Of a stretch of 64,000 bases of DNA, positions 9,395 through 19,144 are shown piece by piece (position 1 is the stretch's first letter; every line of letters starts with the position of its first letter). The notes beneath the pieces are model-generated. The model was not told where the DNA came from and searched no databases. It saw only the letters and a list, made by a program, of their open reading frames with translations. Source of the DNA: Planctomycetota bacterium (GTDB lineage: Bacteria > Planctomycetota > GCA-002687715 > DRQF01). The position numbers were made by a program, and so were the translations under genes. The DNA lies in contig JAZGFI010000170.1 in assembly GCA_036479435.1 (NCBI GenBank), forward strand, positions 32,001 through 96,000. Direction: 5' to 3'.

Positions 9395-12300
9395 ATGACC
9401 GGCTTTGTTCAATCGTGGGGCGCCTGGGTCGCTCTCAGCTTTTTTACCTTGGCAGCCTGGGGCCAGAACCAAGCGCCGGTCGTGAGCATCGCCGCGGTGC
9501 CGAATCTGACCGCGCCGGCGACCATCGCTTCGCTAAGCGCCACGGTCAGCGATGACGGTCTTTCGGGCCAGCCCCTAGTTCTTTGGTGGGCGAAATTCGA
9601 AGGGCCCGGTCGGGTGACCTTTGAGGACCGGGAAGTGGCGGCAACCACCGCCCACTTTGATGTCGCCGGAGACTACGTCTTGCAGCTAACCGCCGACGAT
9701 GGTCTTTTGAGAACGCGTACCTTCGTCAATGTCACCTTGAATGATCCGGCGAATCTTCCGGTCGTGGTGCAAGACATCCTCGACGCGACGGCAAGCAACG
9801 GACTCGATCCGCTCTTTGAGGAACGCTTTTTGACGCGTTCGGCCGGGACCGTTCCGCCGAACGCGACCGGGGCGCAATACTACGCGGCCATCGACCCCCT
9901 CAATGAACGCACTACCTTTACCGATTGGAAACAGATCAACGGATTCCCGCTGGCCGCGCCGCCATTGGTCTTGGTGGCTTCCGACACGAGCACCGGTTGT
10001 TGCGCGGCCGCGGTTTACGGCAATGCATCAGATCTTGGATTCGGGCGGCGCATGGTGATGGGGCGCAACGGCGAAGATGTGTCGTTTTACGTCGAGAACT
10101 ACCGTAGCGTCGATTCGACGGTTGCAGAGAACGGTGCCGACTTTTTGGCAACTGTGACGATGGAGTACTCCGGCCTGCCCGGTGACGATCCGGCGAACCG
10201 TTACATCAAGTTCTTTGTCTTTGACGAGCAAGGCAACCGCATCACGGACATCGACTTCGATGGCCGGGGTCCGAAGACGGTACCCGCGGCCTGCGTTGTG
10301 TGCCATGGCGGCACCTATATGCCCGACGGTTCCCTGCCGGCGGAGGGACGACTTGGCTCGATCTACTTGCCCTTTGACACCTCTAACCTCGACTACCCGG
10401 CTGACCCTGAGTTCGCTTTGCGCGAGCAAGAGGCTCCGATCCGAGAGTTTAACCTGGCGATCATGGACACCAACATCCCGATGGCCGTGCGCGAACTCAT
10501 CGAGGGTTTCTACGGCGGGTTTGGCCTGCCTTCCATGCAGCAAAACCAGGCCTTTGTCCCCTCGGGCTGGACGAATGAGCCCGAGCTCTATCGCCAAGTC
10601 GTGGCTCCCTCCTGTCGCAGTTGCCATGTCGCGCGAACGAGTACCTTGGGCGACTTCGACCGCATCGAGGATTGGTCGGATCCAGCGCGGGCTTTGATTA
10701 TCAGCGGCTCATTTGTGTTTGGGCCGACTCCGTCTGGTTTTCGCATGCCTCATGCGCTGACAACCTTCACTCGCTTTTGGTTGAGTACGAGTCCGAGCCA
10801 ACCGGATGTGTTGGCCTCCGCATTTGATGCTAGCGGAGCTTTCATCGGGCTCGGCGCGCCTCCCGGACGGATCTACGTCGATGCTAATGCCATCGGGGCC
10901 GCAACGGACGGATCGAGCTGGGAGAATGCCATGCTCGAAGTGTCGGACGCGCTCGACCAAGCCGCGATTCCCGCCAATGGCATCACGGAGATCTGGGTTG
11001 CGGCCGGCACTTACTTGCCCTCGACCGCCGGACTCGGCGATGTGCGCGATGCGACCTTCAATCTGGCATCAAGTGTTTCAATCTATGGCGGATTCCTCGG
11101 CGGCGAGACGCTGCTTGAAGAGCGAGTCCCGGGCGCGAACGCCACTGTGCTTAGCGGCGACCTTTCCGGCGACGACGACGACGCTTTCGGATTCATCGGC
11201 GATAATGTCCGTCATGTGGTGACGGCGAATGCGACGAGTTCCGCGACGCGCCTCGACGGCTTGACGATTCGCGGTGGCAATGCCGAAGGGGCCTTCGATG
11301 CCAGGGGGGGTGGTGTTCATCTGAGCGCTGGTGCCCTCGCCTTAGTGAATTGCGTCGTCAATCTAAATACGGCCACCGAGGGCGGCGGCGTCTTTGTGGA
11401 TGCCGGGATCTTGCGAGCGGTCGCGAGCAACTGGACAGAGAACCGTGCCGAACTTGTGGGCGCGGGCCTGAGTTTGGACAACGGCGCTGAAGTTGAGGCG
11501 ACGAGTTCGGTTTTTCATCACAATGTCGTGACGATGGCGACGGGACTCGGCGGCGCCATCTACGCATTCGGAGGCGACGTGCAGCTGCGCAATGTCAGCA
11601 TGAACCGAAACGTTGCGGACGTCTCTGGCGGCGGTTTGCATGCAGTCGGTGGTGGTGATGTGCGCATCGTCAACTCGATCTTTTGGGAAAACGACTCCAC
11701 GGGCTTTAACGAAGACGCACAGATTGCGTTCGACAATTCTCAGGGGGTCGTGGTCTTCGCCGTCGATCGTTCCATCGTGACCGGCCTGACCGGTGCGCTT
11801 GGGGGCATGGACAACAGTGGGGCCGACCCTTTGTTTGTCGATGCGCTCGGTGCCGATGGTGTCCTTGGAACCCTAGATGAGATCTTTGAGCTTGGGGAAG
11901 GGTCCCCGGCGATCGACCAGGGCGACAACAACTCGCTTAGCAGCGACTTTTTCGACCTGGACAACGACGGCGACCTCGGGGAGTTGAGCTCGCTCGATGC
12001 CGCGGCCAAGCCGCGTTTCTTCGAGGATTTCATCTCGGCCAACTTTGTTGCCGGCGGGGTGACGCCTCTCGACTTGGGGGCTTTCGAATATGACCGCCCC
12101 TCTCTCGGGGCGGTTGGTGCCGGGAACGTCGGCATCGGCGTTGGCGGTCCCTTCGACATCTTGTCGGTCAACGCTAGCTTTGGCGGAGCGCCGCGTCGGG
12201 TGGATGTTGGTTTGAACCAGCCGATCCTCATTGACGTCGCGCAGCCGCCTTCGAATCCGAGCCCGGCTCCCTTTGCGGTCTTTGGACGTATTGGCGTGCC

Positions 12301-13522
12301 GCAGCCGAGCGAGGCCTTCATTCTTCCTTTCGGCATTGGCTTCATTGCTTTTCCGCCGGAGTTCGTCTCGCCCTTCCAAACTTCATTCGGCTTCACATTG
12401 GCGGACAATATCGGTTTGGGGCGGCCTCCCTTGCTGCCGTCAACGCCGACGCCTTGGTCGGTTAATGTGGCCGGTGGCTTAGATGTCGTTTCAGACATTG
12501 TGTTGCAAGGCATCGTGTTTGATCCGACAAGTCCCTTTTTCGTGCGCGTCACCAATGGCGTCGTCGTGAGTTTGCGCGAGAACTTCTTGGGCAACGAGAT
12601 TCCGACGGCGGTGGTCACCGAGGAGTCCATTCGTGTTTGCGTCAACCAGGCGGTCACGATGATGGGAGTCGACTCTAGCGACCCCGACGGCGACATGCTC
12701 GGATTTACTTGGACGCAGACGATGGGAACGGCGGTGGTTCTGATCGGGGCCGATACGGATACAGCGAGCTTCACGGCGCCTGCCGTTGGCGAGATATTGA
12801 CCTTCGAGTTGGTCGTCGATGATGGCGTTGCCTCCAGCGACCCAGTCGTGGTGACCGTGGAAGTCGCAGATAGCGGTGAGCCGATTGCCATTGCGGGCGC
12901 GGACGTGGAAGCCATCACCAATGCAACGGTGACGCTCGACGGTTCGGCTTCTTGTGATCCCGACCAAGTCGCGCTGGTCAGTTTCAATTGGACTCTCATC
13001 AGTGGTCCTGCGGTGGTGCCGCCGATCGCCATGACGGCGATGCCAAGCTTCACGGCGCCGTCTACTTCAACCACTTACGTCTTCGAGTTGACGGTTACAG
13101 ATGCGGAAGGTTTGACTTCAGATCCCGATTCGGTGGTGGTTCAAGTCTTCACGTCCTTTGACAACGACGTGTTCCCGCTGTTTGACTCGATCACGGGTGA
13201 CTTGGGCCTAGTGTGCATCATTTGCCACTCCGCGAGCCACCCCGGAGGCGCGAGCGGCGGGATGGACTTCGACCAGGCGCCGGCCACGGTACGTACGGAC
13301 CTGTTGCTGGGACGCGTCAACGTCCCAGGCGCCGGAAACGGCGACCCCCTGGATAGCCAGCTCCTCACAAGGCCTTTGATGCCGGATGTCGGTCCGGCGG
13401 ATGCGACCCCGCCCACAGGGGATGGCATTTCCCACCCTGGCGGCGTCTTTTTCATGACGGCCTCAGATTCGAACTACCTGATCATCCGCGCTTGGATTGA
13501 AGAAGGCGCCCAAGCGAACTGA
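9395..13522 (+). CDS. Secreted multidomain c-type cytochrome (3 CxxCH) with PKD-like domains, a right-handed beta-helix and a choice-of-anchor-Q-like segment
   Basis: Signal peptide. Heme motifs are CVVCH (10292), CRSCH (10613) and CIICH (13214). Other motifs are IYVDANA..DGSSW, IWVAAGTY, GGG/GGAI beta-helix repeats, SPAIDQG..DLGAFE, PKD-like SSDPDGD..FTWTQ..F.L.V.D, and C-terminal IRAWIEEGA. Confidence 0.85.
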   Translation: MTGFVQSWGAWVALSFFTLAAWGQNQAPVVSIAAVPNLTAPATIASLSATVSDDGLSGQPLVLWWAKFEGPGRVTFEDREVAATTAHFDVAGDYVLQLTADDGLLRTRTFVNVTLNDPANLPVVVQDILDATASNGLDPLFEERFLTRSAGTVPPNATGAQYYAAIDPLNERTTFTDWKQINGFPLAAPPLVLVASDTSTGCCAAAVYGNASDLGFGRRMVMGRNGEDVSFYVENYRSVDSTVAENGADFLATVTMEYSGLPGDDPANRYIKFFVFDEQGNRITDIDFDGRGPKTVPAACVVCHGGTYMPDGSLPAEGRLGSIYLPFDTSNLDYPADPEFALREQEAPIREFNLAIMDTNIPMAVRELIEGFYGGFGLPSMQQNQAFVPSGWTNEPELYRQVVAPSCRSCHVARTSTLGDFDRIEDWSDPARALIISGSFVFGPTPSGFRMPHALTTFTRFWLSTSPSQPDVLASAFDASGAFIGLGAPPGRIYVDANAIGAATDGSSWENAMLEVSDALDQAAIPANGITEIWVAAGTYLPSTAGLGDVRDATFNLASSVSIYGGFLGGETLLEERVPGANATVLSGDLSGDDDDAFGFIGDNVRHVVTANATSSATRLDGLTIRGGNAEGAFDARGGGVHLSAGALALVNCVVNLNTATEGGGVFVDAGILRAVASNWTENRAELVGAGLSLDNGAEVEATSSVFHHNVVTMATGLGGAIYAFGGDVQLRNVSMNRNVADVSGGGLHAVGGGDVRIVNSIFWENDSTGFNEDAQIAFDNSQGVVVFAVDRSIVTGLTGALGGMDNSGADPLFVDALGADGVLGTLDEIFELGEGSPAIDQGDNNSLSSDFFDLDNDGDLGELSSLDAAAKPRFFEDFISANFVAGGVTPLDLGAFEYDRPSLGAVGAGNVGIGVGGPFDILSVNASFGGAPRRVDVGLNQPILIDVAQPPSNPSPAPFAVFGRIGVPQPSEAFILPFGIGFIAFPPEFVSPFQTSFGFTLADNIGLGRPPLLPSTPTPWSVNVAGGLDVVSDIVLQGIVFDPTSPFFVRVTNGVVVSLRENFLGNEIPTAVVTEESIRVCVNQAVTMMGVDSSDPDGDMLGFTWTQTMGTAVVLIGADTDTASFTAPAVGEILTFELVVDDGVASSDPVVVTVEVADSGEPIAIAGADVEAITNATVTLDGSASCDPDQVALVSFNWTLISGPAVVPPIAMTAMPSFTAPSTSTTYVFELTVTDAEGLTSDPDSVVVQVFTSFDNDVFPLFDSITGDLGLVCIICHSASHPGGASGGMDFDQAPATVRTDLLLGRVNVPGAGNGDPLDSQLLTRPLMPDVGPADATPPTGDGISHPGGVFFMTASDSNYLIIRAWIEEGAQAN

Positions 13523-13556
13523 TCTTGGGCATCGGAGTGTCGAGGGGCTGGGCTTG

Positions 13557-13639
13557 AAAGGGTGGTGAAAATGGTCTGACGCGAATGAGCGGGGCTCAAA
13601 CCCATGCCCATTCGTGTCAGACCATTTTCACCACCCTTT
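13557..13639. repeat. Long inverted repeat with 34-bp arms (REP/MITE-like)
   Basis: aaagggtggtgaaaatggtctgacgcgaatgagc (13557-13590) matches the reverse complement of 13606-13639 with 2 mismatches. The loop is 15 nt. Confidence 0.85.
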
Positions 13640-13682
13640 TGGGCCTGCTGGCCTCTGGCCACCAACGAGCGAGATCTTAATG

Positions 13683-13724
13683 GAGCTGCGACGGGGCTTG
13701 GTCTCGGCCGTGGCTCTTTTTTTT
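13683..13724 (+). terminator. Probable intrinsic terminator downstream of the cytochrome gene
   Basis: Imperfect stem gagctgcg...cgtggctc followed by 8 T. Confidence 0.6.
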
Positions 13725-13912
13725 CGGGAACTTTGTAGGGCTTCTTTCACGCGTTTCTCCCGATATGGCCCTATGTTACAGTCACCGCCGTGATGAAGGA
13801 GCGGAGTGGGTAAAGACCCTCTTGGCTCGATACCTAGTCGAAGCCGATGACATTCACGGAGTCGTGCTTCGGCCGAATCAGTGGCGATCTCGGTCATGCA
13901 AAGGGGCGTGAA

Positions 13913-14758
13913 ATGTCTGTTCTTAACTTCAAGTCGTTTGCTATTGGCGTCGCCGTCTTTCTCGGCGTCCTTTCACTCGTGGGCTGCGGCTCGACGGGAG
14001 GTGGCTCCGGATCGGGCGGTGGAAGCTCTTCAGCGGGTGCGAGCGCTGGTGGCCCCGATGTTCTCGACCTGACCTGGGGTACAACGCGCGGCGGCTACGG
14101 CACGGCCCGCGGTCGGACGCGTGATCGCTATGAAGAAGTCGTGCAGCAAGTGCGTCGCTACGACAAGGACTACTACGTCCGCCAAGTGAGAACCGTTGAT
14201 GCGCAAGGTGCGCCGCTGCGTCCGATCGAACAGGTGAAGTTCAAACAGAACGTGCGCCCTAACGTGAAGCCGAAGTCGGTGAGTCTGAAGCCCAAAAAGA
14301 TGGCCAACGACACGACCTTTTTGGATTCGGACGGCAATCCGCGCAAGTTCTCGAGCTTCCGTGGCAAACCTCTCGTTCTCGTCTTCACACGAGGATTCCC
14401 GGGTTACATTTGCCCGATGTGTACATCCTACACCGCGCAGATCACGGTCAACTACTCAAAGATCCAAGCCTTGGGCGCGGAAGTGGCTATTGTCTTTCCC
14501 GGATCTGAGGACGAAGTCGACGACTTCGTGAATGCCGCACAGGATATCGCCGAGACCGACGATGACATCCCCTTTCCGATTCTTCTCGATCCGCGTTTGT
14601 TAGCTGTGTCGCGTTTTGGAATTGAGGCTGACCTCGCTCGTCCTTCGACCTACATCTTCGATTCCCAAGGTGAAATGCAATGGGGTTATGTCGGTGACCA
14701 ACCCCACGACCGTCCGGATGTCGCGACGATTCTGAAAGAACTCGCCAAGATCAAGTGA
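13913..14758 (+). CDS. Lipoprotein with a C-terminal peroxiredoxin-like (AhpC/TSA, redoxin) domain
   Basis: Lipobox LSLVG-C and a Gly/Ser linker. The redoxin motifs are LVLVFTRG...CPMC, FPILLDP and ARPSTYIFD. Confidence 0.82.
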   Translation: MSVLNFKSFAIGVAVFLGVLSLVGCGSTGGGSGSGGGSSSAGASAGGPDVLDLTWGTTRGGYGTARGRTRDRYEEVVQQVRRYDKDYYVRQVRTVDAQGAPLRPIEQVKFKQNVRPNVKPKSVSLKPKKMANDTTFLDSDGNPRKFSSFRGKPLVLVFTRGFPGYICPMCTSYTAQITVNYSKIQALGAEVAIVFPGSEDEVDDFVNAAQDIAETDDDIPFPILLDPRLLAVSRFGIEADLARPSTYIFDSQGEMQWGYVGDQPHDRPDVATILKELAKIK

Positions 14759-14768
14759 GGGCTTCGCC

Positions 14769-17492
14769 TTGAGCGAACGCGATCCCAGTCAACCCAACGA
14801 TGGTGCATCTGCTCCGCAGGATCACACCTCTTTTCGCCCGTCGACGACGAGTAAGAAGACGGTGCGTATTGAGGTTACAGAAGCGAAAGCCGATTTTCCG
14901 AGCGAGCCCGAGTTCATACCTGGCTACCAAGTCGTAAGGAAAATCGGCGAAGGCGGCATGGGAGTCGTCTATCAAGCACTTCAAGTCAGTCTCAATCGAC
15001 AGGTCGCCATCAAGGTAGTCAAAGGTGTCGGCAATCAAGACACCGACTTCAAGCGCCGCTTTCAACGCGAGGCGATCGCCGGAGCCTTGCTCAATCATCC
15101 CAATATCGTGGCGGTCTACGATCACGGCAACTACCAAAACACGGTCTACATGGTGTTGGAGTTTGTCGAGGGTCGCGACTGCAGTGAGATTCTGAAGGAA
15201 AGCGGACCCTTCGAAGAACGCTTCGCCTTCGAACTGGCTCGTGATGTGGTCCTTGGACTGAGTCACGCCTGCGCTGCGGGGGTCATTCACCGCGATATCA
15301 AACCGGCGAACATCATGGTCGCCGATGTCGCACAGACCGACGCCCGCCAGGTCGCCCACGGTGCCGCGAAGATCATGGACTTCGGCATCGCTTCGCTTAG
15401 AGAGTCGGTGAGGGGTGAGGATGCCACCGAGCTAACGCAGATGGGGACCGTCGTGGGCACCCCCGGCTACATGTCGCCCGAGCAGGCGATGGGCAAGGGC
15501 GTGGATTTCCGCGCCGACATCTACAGTTTGGGTAGCACCCTCTACTACTTCTTGGTGGGATCGGCACCTTGGCCCGGTGAAACGGCGATCGAAGTCTTCC
15601 ACAACAAGATGACCTCGCAGATTCCCAGCCCCGCCGATCTCGCCTCCGGAGTTACCCAAGGGGCCGTTCAAGTCATCGCGCGCATGATGGCGCGCGATGC
15701 CAATGACCGTTACCAAAGCTACGAAGACTTGCTGTCGGACATTGAAGCGGTCTTAAAGGGAGAGCAACCCTCAAGCGCTTCCATACCTTTGGCGTCCCAG
15801 AGCATTGCGCCATCCGAGGACGGCGAGGATCTCGACCAAACGGAGCTTGCCGCGACGATCCAGGCCTCCGCCGCTGTCTTGAGCCCGCCGACACCGGCGC
15901 GCCGCGGGGCCGCAAGCTCTGGCCTAAAGTCGCGCAAGACCGTGTGGGCAGCCTGTGCGATCGCTGTCGTCTTGCTGGCTTGCGTTGTCGGGTTAATGGT
16001 TTGGCAGAGCGATGGGAAGGTCGACGATCGAGAAACCAAGAACAAAGCCGATGGAAGCGCGTCGCCCAAAGTCGCCGACGAGCCCGCCGGCAATGGCGAA
16101 AGCGAAAATATCGCTGGCAACCCGCCACCTTTGACACCGGCGCCGCTCACGGCGGCAGAAAAAGCCAAGGCCGCCGCCGTCGAATGCAAGCTAATCATGG
16201 ACGAGCTTGAGTCCATGCCCGATGACGAATTCGCTGGTGAACTCGTCAGCCTGAGAGAAAACTTGGCGGCGAAACAAGCGGACCTCATGCCGAGACAGCG
16301 CCGCGCCTTACGCCGCAGTCTTCGCGAGTTGTTGAACAAACGCGGCCGCGCCATGGGCGGCGCCCTGATTGAAAAAGCGGATGCCGCTTGGCAGATCGGC
16401 GATTACGAGGCGATGGGTAAGGCTGTGGCCCAAACCGAGTCTTTGCTGCGGGACAGTTTTGAGTTGATTGCAGACGACGTCGAGAAAGTCGCACCTCGCT
16501 TGGCGGAACTTCGAAAAATCCGAAACGCGGCGCTTGGAGAAGGTCTCGGGAGTTTGGAGCGAGATCGCTGGACCAAAACTCAAGCAACCTCCGATCCGGT
16601 GGAGACCATTCGCCTCCTCGCTGATTTCGAGAGTTCGTATTGGTTCAGCCCCGTCCTGAGCGAGGCTCGCACGCGTCTCGCCGAGGCGCAAGCGGCGGCG
16701 CCTCACTTGGAGATCACCACGATCCCGAGAACGGCGATGCTCACGGTCAACACGCGCGAACTCGGAAACGACTCGTTTTCGGGTCCGATTCCCAAAGGTA
16801 GCGTGAGTCTCAAAGCGTCGGCGGCAGGTTTCTACGCCCTAGACTACGAGTTCGAGCACCAAGAAAAGAGTTCAAAGGTCCTTCGGCTGTCGCCGCGACC
16901 CGCCACGGTCTTGAAGATCAAGGGGCGTGGCCTAAGACACCTGCCCTTTGTTGGCGGGGCAAGGATGCCCGTTAAGGCGGATTGGAGTGTTCCGGTTGGA
17001 GCTCCATTTGGCATTCTCAGTGAGAGCGCGGCGATCGAGCTAGAGAATGAAAAAGGCCGCGAAGGTTGGTCCGATACCGGAGTCCGCCTTCAGCCATTCC
17101 TCGATCATCGAATGTTCAAAGACCGCCGAGGCTTCGCCATCAGTGTCGTTTTGGGTTGGACGAAAGGACGTGCGGAAGTGCGTTTGTCCCAGCAAAAAGG
17201 GCAGACGGCCGTCGTGGGTTGCGACGCCGAAGGTTACTACTACGGAACCCAAAGTGATTCTGGCGAAGACATCCAGCGTCTTCCCCAACTAAAATTGAAG
17301 CCGGGAATTGCTCAGGCTTTCTCATTGGAGTGGCACGGCGACGTTCTCGTCATTCGCGACGGATTTGGCGAAAACTCCAGTGTCGTCGGCTCGCTCAAGT
17401 TCGAAGGCGCCCAGTGGACGCGCTTCGCCTTGGCCGCCAAAGAGTCGAAAGTCAGTTTTGGCGACCTTCGCATCTATCCGATGACGCACTAA
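14769..17492 (+). CDS. Membrane Ser/Thr protein kinase (Hanks type) with a PEGA-like extracytoplasmic domain
   Basis: Kinase motifs GEGGMG, VAIK, HRDIKPAN, DFG, GTPGYMSPEQ and DIYSLG. One TM helix. The PEGA-like segment is LEITTIPRTAMLTVN...ASAAGF. Confidence 0.93.
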   Translation: MSERDPSQPNDGASAPQDHTSFRPSTTSKKTVRIEVTEAKADFPSEPEFIPGYQVVRKIGEGGMGVVYQALQVSLNRQVAIKVVKGVGNQDTDFKRRFQREAIAGALLNHPNIVAVYDHGNYQNTVYMVLEFVEGRDCSEILKESGPFEERFAFELARDVVLGLSHACAAGVIHRDIKPANIMVADVAQTDARQVAHGAAKIMDFGIASLRESVRGEDATELTQMGTVVGTPGYMSPEQAMGKGVDFRADIYSLGSTLYYFLVGSAPWPGETAIEVFHNKMTSQIPSPADLASGVTQGAVQVIARMMARDANDRYQSYEDLLSDIEAVLKGEQPSSASIPLASQSIAPSEDGEDLDQTELAATIQASAAVLSPPTPARRGAASSGLKSRKTVWAACAIAVVLLACVVGLMVWQSDGKVDDRETKNKADGSASPKVADEPAGNGESENIAGNPPPLTPAPLTAAEKAKAAAVECKLIMDELESMPDDEFAGELVSLRENLAAKQADLMPRQRRALRRSLRELLNKRGRAMGGALIEKADAAWQIGDYEAMGKAVAQTESLLRDSFELIADDVEKVAPRLAELRKIRNAALGEGLGSLERDRWTKTQATSDPVETIRLLADFESSYWFSPVLSEARTRLAEAQAAAPHLEITTIPRTAMLTVNTRELGNDSFSGPIPKGSVSLKASAAGFYALDYEFEHQEKSSKVLRLSPRPATVLKIKGRGLRHLPFVGGARMPVKADWSVPVGAPFGILSESAAIELENEKGREGWSDTGVRLQPFLDHRMFKDRRGFAISVVLGWTKGRAEVRLSQQKGQTAVVGCDAEGYYYGTQSDSGEDIQRLPQLKLKPGIAQAFSLEWHGDVLVIRDGFGENSSVVGSLKFEGAQWTRFALAAKESKVSFGDLRIYPMTH

Positions 17493-17514
17493 AGCCGCTG
17501 TTGCCCCGCGGCCT

Positions 17515-18981
17515 TCAGAACCCAATCTCAATAAAGGCATTGAAGCGCCAAGCGTCGCCGTCTTCGCGGCCAACGTATTGCGTTTTCCAAAAGATGGCGT
17601 CTAAGCCGAGTTGCAAACCGCCTCCGAGGTCATAGCGCGTGGCGACGTAGGCCGTCCAGTTCGAGGCTCTTGAGGCTACCTCGAGGTCATCGAATTCTGG
17701 GTTATCGATAGAGGCGCCGACGCCAATTCCGAAGCGCTTCGTCGCTTGCCAAAAGAGCTCGGCAAACCCGCCCATGGTGTCAATTTCATCGCCGGTAGAG
17801 CGGTTGATGCTCTGGCCGATGCCGCCGCGCCAATCTCCGAGCGCGCTGCCGATGAAGGCCTCACCCTTGAGATGAACCCCGGCAAAGATGGGGATGAAGA
17901 AGTCGACGCCTAGCATCCAGCTATCGAAGTGGCGCTCGCCGTTGAGCCTCGTGTCGGTCTCAAGGCGAGCGATGAGTCCCGACAGGCCGATCGTCATACG
18001 GTCGCCGCGCACCCAAGAATCAACCGTGATCGAAGCTGCGACTTGTAGGTGTGGGATACCGGAGTCGACGCCGTCGAGTTCGGTCGTCAAGAACGTTCCG
18101 AATCCGGTATCGGCGTCTTCAGCGTTGACGGCACCCGTCGTTCCCAGAGCGACGCGAAAATCGTACTCGATGCCGCGACGGCTGCCACCGTGGTAGGCGG
18201 CTTGGATCATCGGTCGGCGATCGCCCAAGTTGCCGGTGTCCCAGAGGTGACGGTGTTGGTCAACGATGGGATCGTAGGGAGAGATGACGTCCCAGTCTTG
18301 TCCGAAACGAAGGCTCCAGGAACCGAAATTCAAATCGATGTAGGCCAAGAGCAAGCGTGCCCCGGCTCTCGATTCCGTTTCCGAACTGAATCCGCCGAAG
18401 TCGAATTCGACCTTGGCTGCGGTACGGCGCGTGCCCGCAATCGGTCCAAAGTCGTAGTTGAGTCCGATTGTGGTGTTGCGCGAATCTAAGGCGAAGGCGT
18501 CGTCATCTTCAGAGGCATTGATGCCGTCTTCGGGACGCACCCAGCGAGGGTCAATAGCGCGGTCAAATCGGGCGGTGTTGTGGTAAAGATCTAAGCGCAA
18601 CCGGCCATAGAACTGGAGTTTGGATCCGGAACGAGTCAGGTCATAACGCGTGAGGTAGTCCCGTCCGTAGGACGAAGCACTGGCACTACCGCCACCTTCG
18701 GACTCGATCATGTCTTCGAGCCCTTTGAGCATGGTCTCCAGACGATTGTCTTCGTGGCCTTCGCGACGCTCAATACGTTCAACCAGCGCTTGGTTGTTGC
18801 GCTCGGTGGTACTGAGACGATCGAGCACCTGGTTGTGACTGCTCGTCAGGCGCTGGTTCTGCTGGATGAGCTGGCGGTTTTGCTCTTCGAGAGTGCGCAC
18901 GCGCTCCTCAAGAGTCTGCGCCGAGAGGCTCAGTGTGAAAATGGCAAAGACCAAGATGGCGTTGCGGCAATAGGCGAACAC
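17515..18981 (-). CDS. Outer-membrane beta-barrel porin (DcaP-like) with an N-terminal coiled coil
   Basis: GTG start at 18981 with a GGAGG RBS, then a signal peptide and coiled coil. Motifs LQFYGRLRLD, KVEFDF, RLLLAYI and GQDW. The protein ends in Phe. Confidence 0.75.
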   Translation of the reverse strand: MFAYCRNAILVFAIFTLSLSAQTLEERVRTLEEQNRQLIQQNQRLTSSHNQVLDRLSTTERNNQALVERIERREGHEDNRLETMLKGLEDMIESEGGGSASASSYGRDYLTRYDLTRSGSKLQFYGRLRLDLYHNTARFDRAIDPRWVRPEDGINASEDDDAFALDSRNTTIGLNYDFGPIAGTRRTAAKVEFDFGGFSSETESRAGARLLLAYIDLNFGSWSLRFGQDWDVISPYDPIVDQHRHLWDTGNLGDRRPMIQAAYHGGSRRGIEYDFRVALGTTGAVNAEDADTGFGTFLTTELDGVDSGIPHLQVAASITVDSWVRGDRMTIGLSGLIARLETDTRLNGERHFDSWMLGVDFFIPIFAGVHLKGEAFIGSALGDWRGGIGQSINRSTGDEIDTMGGFAELFWQATKRFGIGVGASIDNPEFDDLEVASRASNWTAYVATRYDLGGGLQLGLDAIFWKTQYVGREDGDAWRFNAFIEIGF

Positions 18982-19144
18982 AGGATCCCTCCTCCGGTCC
19001 AATCGATAACGCAAACTATGGCGTATTCTTAGTTTCTGTCAACGGCGTCCGGTGCCGGGACGGCTGATAGTTTTAGTATCCTCGCAGAGGATGACACGAT
19101 TTGCCAGCTGCCCTGAAAGCGGCCAGAAGAAGGCGAGTAGAGGC

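Noticed and set aside
11740..13074. 444-aa ORF antisense to the giant cytochrome gene
   Set aside because: It is a shadow ORF on the opposite strand of a well-supported gene, has no motifs, and is expected from GC-rich codon bias.
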